Positions 27,701 to 38,600 of a DNA stretch of 64,000 bases are shown in pieces. Each line of letters begins with the position of its first letter. Within the stretch, counting starts at the first letter, position 1. The notes under the pieces were generated by a model. It saw nothing but the letters and a program-made list of their open reading frames with translations. It was not told where the DNA came from and ran no database searches. Position numbers and translations under genes: made by a program. The stretch is from Raillietiella orientalis (taxonomy: Eukaryota). The DNA is taken from positions 1,240,001 to 1,304,000 of the forward strand of contig JAYWIR010000017.1 in NCBI GenBank assembly GCA_036172245.1. The letters are read 5' to 3'.

Positions 27701-28849
27701 AGCGATTCGTGCCCCCCCCCCCCCCTTTCATCTGGTTCCGTTCAGCTTCCCGGCCGAGCTGCCCTCCAGACGATACTTCATCTTCGGAGCGGCTTCAGCG
27801 GTGCCGTGGTGATCCTCCGGCAGAACGCGGAAGTGGCGCCTCAGGAAACCTGGAAAGGAACACCTCGCGGTGTCTGGTTGACGATTCTCTGCGGCTCCGT
27901 TTCCAGGCGCTTGTCCATCATTCCGCGTTCCAGAGAGCGATATATATCTCTTTCTTAATTGGATCGGAAGACGCTTTCGGCATTTTCCCAGAAACCGGGA
28001 GATCGCACCATCGCGACGAAGTGGCTCCAGCCGGGGTTCAGGGAGAAGCTGGAGGAGGCTCCCCCAGACTCCGGGGAAGGGTAGGATACACCGCAAGGAT
28101 TTCTTATGGGTCCGTTCCCGCTCTTGAACATGTGCTGTCCATCACGCGGATCTACAAAGTGCCTTTTTGCACGTACGTACGTACACGTACATTATATTTC
28201 GAGTATGCAGAATCTCCGCCGAACCACATCTACGTATCCATGAGAGCACACGTGTTCGCACGTCTGCATCCGTGCCCACGCGCGTTGAACTCATGCGAAG
28301 CCCCCCAATGCGAGCTCAGGAACTAGTTTGACCTGTCCGCTCGAGGCGCTTCGGTCCCCGTCTCCGAGAAACGTTCGTATCGTGATGTAACGCCTGGTCA
28401 CCAACGAGCGGGTTCCTAGCGGACCAAAAGAGTGCGTGATCCGGGATGGATCAGACTGGTTGCGTTTCCCCCCATTGAGAGGACTCGCGTTGCGGATGAT
28501 TCGTGCTGGGGGAGGGGGGAAACCACTTCGGTTCCTTCCGTTATGCAACGGAGTCGCGTCGACAAGACCACCGCGTTCGCGGAGCCCCGGGTATCCATCA
28601 AAGGAGAGCTCATCCTCAGTTTATGGTCTCTTGCTGTTCCTGGAGAGTGGAGTTTGCGGGAAGTTGAAAGCGAAGGAAGAAAACTTTCCGAACGTCTCCG
28701 GTGGGGAAGCTGTGTTTTCATCCGTCTTCGGAATCGCCACCGAACCGCCCCTCCAGCAAAGTTTGCTCCTCTCTTGCGCTCTCCGGCTTCTCGTTCACAC
28801 CACGCCGATACCGCGAACCATCCTCTGGGAATCTTTTCCGAGTGATTAA

Positions 28850-29330
28850 ACGATTCAAAGGGTCATTACGAAAACGCTGAGCACTTGAATTCAGCATGAA
28901 TGCACGGGACGCACATCTGTTGACCTGAAGTGGTGACTTGTGTGACTTCAGCACATTCCTTTGTTGCTCAGCTCGAGAGTGCTGGTTGGTAACCAGGGGA
29001 CCTTTCCCACTGTGGAAACCGAACCGTGCCGCTCCAAACAGCAGATGCCACCGTGCATCGACCGTTCTTCTTTCTGTCTGCATGACCTCTCTGTTGGCCG
29101 AATCCCCGCTCTCTTCCCGCGCTGGTGAGCCTCACGATGCTCACGAAAACCTCCTCGCACAAACAGTGCATCTCCAAGAATAAGGTCAGAGAATATTTCC
29201 AAGACTCCGGCTTAAGTGGAACCCACCCCAAACGGCAGTTAGCTAGCAACCAACCGAGGGTCTCGAAACGGCTCGAGAAATTCGACTCCAGCGCGCGTCC
29301 GAACACTCGCCGATCAACGAAAAAACGCCT
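28850..29330 (-). mobile_element. Possible Tc1-like transposase relic
   Basis: Weak peptides SWKY/IFSD and MHGGIC resemble WxxVLFSDE and VMVWGGI. No terminal inverted repeats were identified. Confidence 0.2.
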
Positions 29331-29900
29331 AATGAGTTGAACCGATGGGCAACGGCTAAAAGGAGCCGAGAGTTCTCGCGGAGTTTCCCAAACCGGAAGA
29401 ACCCGTAGACTCCGTTCGAAGAAATTCTGATTTTTTCCCGCTCCTCCTTTTCGTAACGCTTCCGTTTTCAGTGCTTTTCGTTTTCGTTCTCGGTAGCGTT
29501 TCGGGCACCGTTCCATCGAGCCCTTCCCAGCCTTCAAGTTGAGCAATGCTGCAAATCTCCCCACCCTCTTCCTTAGACTTCCGTGCATTCCGGTGACCAC
29601 TCGAGTGCTCCAAAGGAAATCGCATGTGCCGGACGGCTCTCGTCGGCTTCCGCCACAGCAGCTTCCCTCAACACAGAAGATCGAACCTTCAGCTATGGGC
29701 TTTTAGCCTGTTCCTCCCCACGTGCTCCGCCGACGGGATGCCGCCGCACGTCCACCCTCTTTGCGCGCTTTCCGAAGTCGAAGCGCGCAAGCAGCGAAGA
29801 AGCAGGACTTGGGTCAATCTTCGGAGTCGGTCACCTCCCAAAGTCATTCTTTCTTCAACGAGCGCCACAAGTTCACAAATATTCCCCGGAAGCCTTGGTT

Positions 29901-30900
29901 GACACCCGGTCACGTTGGGGAGTTTATTTATAAAACTACATGGCAGGACCTTTGATCCTGCCACGTTACTTATGGATACGAAAAGAAACCTGCTGGGATC
30001 TGGCACGCAGACCAGAAGGGTCCTTCTCGGCAGCACAGGGAAAGAGGAGACAAACAAAAAGAAAAAAACAAAAATGCAATCAAAAAGTGGGGGGAGAGGA
30101 TTCGGGAAGGGAAGGGATCACTGTGTGCTGGAGGGCATCCTCTGCATCCCTGTAAGTATGCCGTCAAGTTCCTGTTTTATGGTTTCCAGATGAAGTCATC
30201 TTGACGCTATCCTCATGAAGAGGACGGCAAAATAGATATCGTCCCTGTCGTTCTGGCGTTGCTCTATGCGGTCACAATCCCATGTAGGCAGCACAGTGCT
30301 GCTGGGGATGCGGCCGGCGTGAGGGCATCGAGCAAGAAGAGGAGTTTTACAACGTCTCGGGAGTTGCCGCCGCGGGTTCCAAGGTTCGCAGCAAACCATT
30401 CCCAAAGGGGCCGGGGGGCAACCCAGTTCACTAGGAGGGATTTCTGCTCCCCGTACCTTGCGAAGTTTGGGTTCACACACACCCCGTGTCCACAGATGCC
30501 GATGGGCGTTGCAGGGGAGGCCCCAGTGCAGCAGCATCAATGCCGTCTCCTGCCACTTTAAGGGGAGGGTGCAGGTGTTCATGAGCACCGGGGGCCACTG
30601 CAGGTCTTCCTCCGGAATACCCAGAAGCACGCCCCAGCGCAAAAGTCCATGAGGTCGAGCACTCGGGGTCGCAGCATCGGTGAGCTGGTGCATCGTCCAC
30701 CCGCCCAGTCCTCTTCTCCTTCCGGAGGTTTCCACAGTGACCTCCCATCTAGCCGTAAGGCTGGTGCCCATGTGCTCCCTAAGGAAGGGCAGCGCGGCGG
30801 CAAGGGAGGTCTGCTTGCCCATGCACTCTCCGCGGGATTTTCCAGGATCTCCCGGAACAGCTGTTGCAGGTGCAGTTGTTGTTACGCTCCTTGGCGGGGC
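29901..30900 (-). mobile_element. L1/Tx1-like LINE 3' fragment (zf-RVT region plus 3' UTR)
   Basis: ORF 30196..31029 contains GLLRWGVLLGIPEEDL..LPLKWQETALMLLHWGLPCNAHRHLWTRGV, which aligns with the copies at 33.7-34.0 kb and 36.1-36.4 kb. Confidence 0.7.
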
Positions 30901-31249
30901 GCGCATGTCCGCCGGAAGAGGGCTTGGCTCGCGAGTTGCCGTCCACCCCCGCTCAGGGATGCTGCACTTCGGAGAGCCTTCGGAGGAACCCAAGCAGAAC
31001 CGAACGTGTACGAGGTCCCCTTCCGCCAAAACCCCGTGTTTTCGCTTGTGGATGCTTGAGCGCGGAAGCGGAAGAAGAGAAACGAGGGTGCACCCGTGCC
31101 GCCGTCTGTCTCTGGAGTGGATCTCTTCCGTGTCCCTTTCATGGAGCGAATCTCGAATAGTGCTGTCAGCCGATGCTGGCGCTGACGGTCATCAGCTGCC
31201 GAAGAAGCGCGTGGGAGGAGGCGAGCGGTGCGAAATGCGAGGTGTACTT

Positions 31250-31700
31250 GACCTAGAAACGGCACAAACGTAAGGAGAAAGCGCGCCTGTGTCGATGTCG
31301 AACATAATGAACAGTCCATCCAGTGACCGGAAGAGAGGAGGCGTTCGTTATGATTGACTGCATGCCCACAAATTCCAGAATGCCGTCGCAACGTGGATAT
31401 CCTGGAACGCGTTCGGTACAACCCGCGGATAATCCTAGAGGATGGAGATGCGATGTCGGCGAAGCGGCTCTGGAGGGAAGCGAGCTCCGCGAAGGAATGC
31501 CGTCTGCGATTCCATCTCTTTCCAGCTTTTTTCCACGAGGATCCACTCCTTTCTTTCAAATTGCCAAACGATAAGGATTGAGCCGGAATCATTAGTAAGG
31601 ATTTGTTTCCTTTCTACGCTCCAGGGTACGGGGGTATCCCTTTCCTTCTTTCTTTCTAAATCTTTAATTCGGTTTGGCGCTACCGGATCGCATCTGGAGC
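31250..31700 (-). mobile_element. Possible LINE RT C-terminal relic (CR1/jockey-like)
   Basis: Weak peptides KSWK..LRRHR and RGLYR; heavily degraded. Confidence 0.2.
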
Positions 31701-32599
31701 AGGTCTTTCGGCGCGGATTTCTCCGAGGCAACGGGTATTTGTTTTTTTTGTTTTTCTTTTTTTCCTGCGGGGCGCGACCCGAAGGGATGGAACATTCGAG
31801 CGAGGCGTTTCGCGCGCTGTGGCCGCTGCGATTCGCGTTCTTCGCGAGGCTGGTTTGTCCCCCTGCGGAAGGTCGTCCTCGTGCGGAAAATCCCCGTTGA
31901 GATGAATCTTCCCGAATGCCGGTCGCACGAGTCGGGACAGCTCAAGGAGCTGCGTGCTAATGGAGGGAGCGAGCAGATCCCGTGCGCGTTTCCCCTCAAG
32001 TCGTCTCCGCCTGGCGTGAGACCAGCCGGTCTCGGGATGAGATCAGAACTCTCTCCGAGACGCGTCAGAGGACAGCGCAGTGCTCCCCTTTTCATCTGCA
32101 TTTACTGTTTTCATCAATAAACGCGAGCCTCTTGAGAGAAAGATTAATTATCCCCAGCAGTTTCGGAACGCTCCCTTCGTGCCTCTTCCAAGTAAGAAGA
32201 GCTTCGAGACGTTTTCATTTTCATTTTTATTGGGAACGGGCGCCTATCTTTCCCTCAGGACCGAGACGCGGAGCGAATGCGGTGGTGGCTGCGGGAGCCG
32301 TTGCTACGACGCGCCGTGCGAGCCCTCGACCTCGTTAGCTGCAGGGCGTTTACGCAACGAGAGGATGCGATCAAATTATCACCGGGATCCGTAAGGATCC
32401 CTCGATGTCCTGCTTAATGTTTGATCGCGACCGGGAGTTCTCTTTCAGCTCTCCGCTTCGGGAGCAGAAGATGATTGCTTCTTGCTGGAATTCAGAGAGG
32501 TCTTTTCGATCGAATTCGCACAGAAGAGAGGGGTCATTGGGACGGTTGCCAGTGATCTCGAGAAGCATGAGAATTTTCTCTCTTTCTCTCTCTCTCTCA

Positions 32600-32815
32600 T
32601 GGGAAATTAATGATTCATAATAGGATTTATGAGATGCTGATTGTGATGACGAAAGGTAAGAATTTTTACTGGGGTGGAAAGAATGAAACGGGAGCTTTGC
32701 TTCTCAGGATCGCGGGTGCTTAATGAGTTTTCCGTTAACTTGCAATTAATCACTAGTAATGGATTACTCTAATCTCGGCTCGGCTCGCGGATTATTAATC
32801 AAACTTAAATGGAGA
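32600..32815. promoter_or_regulatory. AT-rich homeodomain-site cluster (candidate enhancer)
   Basis: Dense TAAT/ATTA cores: TTAATGA twice, TTTATGA, TAATGGATTA (TAAT-NN-ATTA), TAATCT and GGATTATTAATC. Confidence 0.25.
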
Positions 32816-32949
32816 ATGGGATCCCTGTTAGGTCGAAATCCATTCCGCAGCGAGTCGCGCGCGATCTGGGTCCGACGGCTCACTCGGAAAACGAGGAGGA
32901 GGAGGAAACTCAGGACGACGGTCGCAGAGGTTCCTCCTTGGGGCGCCTC

Positions 32950-33212
32950 TGGAAATGGAGGCGCACGCGCTGAAACCAGGAAGCGACGTGCGAGTCCCGA
33001 TGGTCACCTTTCCGTCTGCCTTCTTCGCCTGGTTTCCGGGGGAAGGGGAATTGCCTCCCTGAACTGTTCGAGGTGTTTGGTGGACTGCAGCAGTGCCTTC
33101 GAGGACTTGTGGCGGAGACTCCCTCCTTCGCTCCGTCGACCGCTGGGCACCGCTACGGACCTGCTGCGACGCTTCTTCACAGGAAGCGGACTGAAGAAGG
33201 GCGCTGTGATTT
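32950..33212 (+). mobile_element. L1/Tx1-like LINE C-terminal fragment, plus strand
   Basis: GIASLNCSRC..DLWRRLP..TATDLLRRFFTGSGLKKGAVI aligns with the minus-strand GVVSSNCGRC..GLWRRLP..DTAIDIMRHFFTRGGLSLGAVI at about 35.95-36.15 kb. Confidence 0.6.
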
Positions 33213-35600
33213 CACACCCGGGTGCACCGAGGTGTTTATTTCTCTTACAGGGATCGATGGAGCCAAAAGGCCCACCGATCCCAATTATTGCACTAAAAAA
33301 AGATCAGGGGGTGGCGAGGTCCATCATGTCCACGAAGGGGAGGAGCATGAAACAAAATAGAAAAAAAGGAAACAAACTATAACAAACAATAAAAACTAAC
33401 AAAAAAAATTAGTTGGGGGGAAGGGAAGGGGTCACATTTCGTGGTGGGTGAGGCCTCTGTATCCGTTGAAGGATTCCAGCGAGTTCCTCCTTCTCCCTTT
33501 CCAGGTGGGGCCACCTCAAAGCCATCCGTACGAAGCGGATGGCGTGCAGGACAGCCCCCCTGTCGCTCTGGTCTCTCTCGGCGTCGCACTTCGCCGCGAC
33601 GACACCGCGCACGCAGCACAGCTCTGCGATTGCGGGTGAGGGCGTCATGGCGTCCCTCACGGAGAGGGACCTCGAAGAGTCTCTGGGATCGTCCACGGAT
33701 GCGGAAGGGACGCAGAGAAACGTTCCCACAATTCTCGGAGGGCGACACACTGCACTATCAGGTGGGGGAAAGTCTCCTCTCCACATTTCTCTCTTCTCTC
33801 CCAGTTCGGCGATGCGCTTTCCCTCGTCCAGTGGTGCCGGCGCTCATTGCACGTAAGACCCCAGTGCAGTACCAGCAGCGCCGATTGCTGCCACTTGAGG
33901 GGAAGCAACTTCCTGTCTAGGAACACGGGGGACACTTCCAACTCTTCGGGCTGAATGGAGAAGAGTTCGACCCAACGTTCCAGTCCTTTGGAGACGGTTC
34001 TTTTTGTTGCCGCGTCAGCCAGCTCACCTGGTGTCCGGCCACCGATAGGCTTCCTGCGGGCTCTGTGATCGCAGTCGGTTGCATCCGCTCCATAGTGACA
34101 GTCCGCCATGTGTTGGAGTCGGGTTCGCGGCGAAGAGAGGCCACCAGTATGGCAGCAGCTCTCATAAGGAGAGCTGCTAGGTGGCCTCATCTTCCAAAAG
34201 TCTCCAGGGAGATTGCCAATGTCCAGAGCCGCTTCTAGAAGGAAAGGAATGTCTCAAACCAAAGATCCCTGTCTCCTCACTCTCTGTTCCCTACTTTTGG
34301 GAAGCCGACTTGCGAGCCAATGGTTAATCTGAGGGACTTCTTTTTGGGGGCTTGCTTTTGAGAGTATGTCCTTCTTTCCCTCTTCCTTGCAGTTTGTTTT
34401 TGTTTTTTCAAAATAAACATCCCGGAGTAACTGGATGCGAACCTCTTCGTTGCCTCCGAGCTCGCCGTGCGATACTGGCAGTCTGCGAAAGTGACGAAGG
34501 AAGGGCAGCAGCCGTCGCGAAAAGTCCTCCCGAGAACCGCCTCCCGGGGACGACATGACGAGTCGGAAAGAGGAGCGCGCGTGTCTCTAAGACCCGCAAG
34601 CTGCTCCACGTTCTACCTCAGCAATGGGGGTAGACAGCTCGAGCGCGCACGACAGGGCTGCTCCCCGAGGAGTCTCGGCGCGGCGGCTGGTCACATGTGC
34701 AGCCAGGTCTCACAGCGGGAGCTTGCGGAGAAGAATTTTGCCAAACCGGTTGAGAACGTCGAGAAATGAGCGCATTCTTCCCTTGCGCCTCCTTGCCTGC
34801 TCACCAGGATGAACGGAGGCTCTCGGTACGAGAGCAGCAAGGAGGATGCTTAGTCGGATGCGCTCCTGACGGAAGAAGGCGGATAAGACTGGGTTCAGAT
34901 CTACTGGAGCAAAACCGACGTGCTTGGGTTCCGATCTGCAGTGTTTGCACTGCCCTTCGATGTCCATGCTAATTTGTGGTTGTTACGCTAATCGATGTGA
35001 ATCTAGGCTGCCGACGACAGCGCAGATGACATCCCTATAAGGGAAAACGTTATTTCTGTGGGCGTAGGTGACGCGTGGTCCTAGCGCGGGTTCCCCGTTC
35101 TGTCGTCTGCGATCTGTCTCTTTTCACCGTGTAAGTTGTGGCTACGCACGTGCTTGGCGTAGCCGTCCCTCTTTGGAAATGGTGGAGTCGCTTGATGTCC
35201 CTCAACCACCGCGAATCCAGAGACGGGATAAGGCGAAGGGGCGCTTTTCCTGGAAAACCAGGGGGAATAGGGAGGGAAACTCGAGTCTACCAGATGATGC
35301 CGTCGGCGTAACTTCGGCAAACTCCTTCCGGGGTTTCCGGTCTCGGTGGTATGGGGCCGTCTTGCTGCTTCGTTTCCGGAAAGCATCCTCCCTTTCTTTC
35401 TTTCTTCCTCCCTGGTTTTCCCTAAGGTGTTGGGTCCGGGACGACTGTCTGGTTTCCTCATGGAGACAGAGTCCGTTCTTTCCACTTTTTCAGAGAGTCG
35501 GATGACTCTTGGTGCGTGGCTGCGAAGGTCTCTGATTTGGAGAAAACAGAATGCACAGCACTGGCTCCAGAAGAACCCAAAGGGTCACGGAGCAGAGGTC
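33213..35600 (-). mobile_element. 5'-truncated L1/Tx1-like LINE (RT remnant to 3' end)
   Basis: ORF 33657..34190 contains LPLKWQQSALLVLHWGLTCNERRHHW..CGEETFPHLIVQC (zf-RVT-like). RT-like FRQERIRLSILL lies near 34850 and SRPGPN near 35440. The shared 3' terminal motif is present. Confidence 0.65.
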
Positions 35601-35606
35601 GGTTTC

Positions 35607-38600
35607 TTACCCGGTTCCGCCAGGGAGTTTATTTGAAACAAACCATTTGGTAACAAAGTTCCCGGACAAAGGGACGAGAAGTTCAAGCAGAGGGCTCTCC
35701 GACACGCAGGTCGGGCATACTGAAAGTCCGGAACGGGAGGGAGGCACAATAAATAAATACACAAAGATATGGGGAGGTAGGGGACAAGGGTCTTTGGCTT
35801 CGTCGTTCCTTCTTCTCATAACTGCGATGAATACCGGAGATCTCCTTCCTGACTTCTTCGCTGGCAGCCATTCTCATGTTGGACCTCTGTTGGGGCTGCT
35901 CGCGACACCAACACGTAGAGGGACATGGTGATGGTGTGGATGCAACAGATCGTTGCGATGACCGCACCTAGCGAGAGACCGCCGCGCGTGAAGAAGTGTC
36001 GCATGATGTCGATGGCGGTGTCCCCCTGGTGCAGGAGCGCTTAAGGTAGCCTCCGCCACAGCCCCTGAAGGGCACCCCAGTCGAAGTGCAGGTGCGGGAG
36101 CGATTCCACTGCTCCGCACCTTCCACAGTTCGAGGACACAACTCCCCCGGAAACTAGGCTCGCGCGCTGATTGCAATGGAAGCTCTAATGCAACAGCAGA
36201 AGCGCGTCTTCTTTTTATCGAAGGTGGAACACAGACGAGTCCACGTACCAGGGGGGAACCACAATTTCTTCGGGGAACACACTCAGGAGCTCGCTCCCTC
36301 AAAGGAATCCCTTCGCACAATTACGAGTAAAAGCGTCGGCCAGCTCGCTAGTCTTCCAGCCGCTCAACGGTCTTGTTTCTCCAGCAAGCGCGCAGACGTT
36401 CCACCCTGCCGGTAGGCAACTGTCATCGCTTGTACTAAGGGCAGACAGAGCTGCCGCAAGGGACGTGGCGCCTTGTACTGTCCTGGTCCTACAACACGTC
36501 CTCCACAGGACTGTATGGGGAGAGGTGAACGCAACGGAGTTCCACAAGGGTCACTTCCTGGTGCGTTGTCCAGGACGATAGCGTCTCCTGCCGCCACGCG
36601 TTAAAGTTCGTCGAGAGGCAGGAGATCCACGACAGCGCTTCCAGGAGCGAGGCGAGCTGCCTCAGCGGGAACCCGAAACCTCTCGTGGCGCGCTAGGGAG
36701 TGCGGAGCAACGAAAAGCAGTCCATCGCCGCCACTGCAGTGCCGGGCAGAGGTCGGTTCGAAAGGTCTCGATGTGAAAGAGTGGGGTACCGGAAGAGTTG
36801 CTAAACGTGGGATTCGTGACGGCGTCTGGGCTAGTTGTGTCTTTCCCGGAACTCTGGTTTGATCTTCTGCCGGAAGTGCATCCTGTTGATGAATGTCCTG
36901 CAAACATGGAAACCATGCGCAGGACGATTGCAGCAGCAGCAGAAGAAGAAGAAGAAATCAGGTGATGACATAGCACGTTCACTTCCATTCTGGGCGACAA
37001 GATGGAAATGCAGAAGAGATGCAATTGACCAAAGCCCCACCAAGCGAGCGATGTGCGGAACGGGAGCTACGGAAGAATCCAGTGGGTCTGCTCTCTTGGA
37101 CAATGCACCCCTCCCAGAATTTGCAAGTGTGCAGAAGCTGCCGAAAACTCGAAACCCTGGCTGGCCGTGATGGCCAGGGAGACTGCTGGTACTTCCTAAC
37201 GAATCGTTCGTCCCGGCGGCTCATCCGTGTACTATGCGGAGGAGGATGGATGCAGCGGATGATGAAGACCCATTAGGAAAAAGTCAGACGAAAACAGGGA
37301 AGTAGCGCGAAGCGTGGAAAGCTGCTGAAAACATGCATCACCTCTGAGAAGAAGATACAGATTCCTTTAGCATCTGGAGAGCCCTCCTCGTCCTGACCGA
37401 CAGCACATTGCCAACTTGAAGAGTCCAAACCGGAGGGCTTCTGTCGCATGTCTTGGCGCAGCAGCAGGAGCCACTCGGTGGTCAGCAGAGGGTGAGGGAG
37501 GAAATCTCCCTCGGGCGAATCTCCCTCTAGCGTTCCCGTAAGCATCCCAGTGCCCCTTGCTTCTCTCACGGCAAGCGGCAGACAGCGCCCACCTTCGGAC
37601 GACCTGCATCTGGCGGCTCGAAGGGACCCCCACACGGATGCTGCCTCAGTACTTCAGAAAAGGGAGAGGAAAAACCGTATCTCCCGTGGATGTTCTTGTC
37701 GTCTTGGTTGTTGAGCTGGCAGGCTGCAGATCCCGGAAGAGAAAACTGCTTGGGGAGGAGGACGGATCCTGCAGCTGCAACGACGGACACTTTGGTGTAG
37801 AGACTCTTGAGCAGTCCACCAGCTGCTGCTGCTGCTGCTGCAACAAAACCCGCCTCCTGGATGGGTGCTGATGCTCCAGGGATGGCGACCCAGCAGGTGC
37901 GCGCATGCTTTTGAGGAGAACGGCGGTCCAGACAGAAACAAAGAGAAGCTCGCAAGGTCACTGATGGGACCCTGAGAGAGAAAGCGAGAGTTTGTGAGAG
38001 GATCTTGGAGGTGAGGCTCATGGGTCGGAGCCCATCAAGAGGTCTCTGAGGGGTCATTCCAAGGAAGGAGATCTTCTCGGCGGCGCAGGAAGGAGTCCAG
38101 TCGGGAAGGCTCATGGCTTGCAAGTGGTTTCCATCCCATGAGGCATGGGTGCGGGAACAGGGGCTTCCTTCTCCTACCGAAGAGGCGAGCAAAGCGCTCG
38201 ACGCAGAAGGAGCGACTGCGGGAAGGCGTGGAACGCGCGTCCGTTGCCAGGAAAAGCGCGGACGTCTGCCTTACCGGCTGATCGCTGCTCCATGGGGGGA
38301 CGGCGGAACCGATTCCGAGCTTTGGGAGTCGCGCCGCGGTCCCCGTCCGGACCCATGCCGCAAGCATCGCGCTTGCGCACGGGTGGTTCACAAACCCCGC
38401 GCCCTTCGACGCGGAGGGAAGAGAACAACAAGGGAAAGGAAGAGAACAAAGGAGGAGGAGAAAGTGGACAGCAAGAAGAATTCGGGCAGGGAGCTGCGGT
38501 CAACAGGGATGATGGCGAAACTTCGGGCGAAATCCCCGCTGCTTCCCCTCTTGCCTTTACGGCAGCCAGAGGGCATTTTCGTACACACATTGAAGCGGTG

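Noticed and set aside
34154..34178. 10-bp hairpin AGCAGCTCTC-ataag-GAGAGCTGCT
   Set aside because: Short enough to arise by chance in 64 kb, and it lies inside a LINE relic.
36364..36620. IS630/Tc1 DDE transposase (IVLDNAPG, HLSPYSP)
   Set aside because: Another frame of the same DNA aligns colinearly with the Tx1-like ORF2 C-terminus seen in the other copies, so the motifs are probably coincidental.
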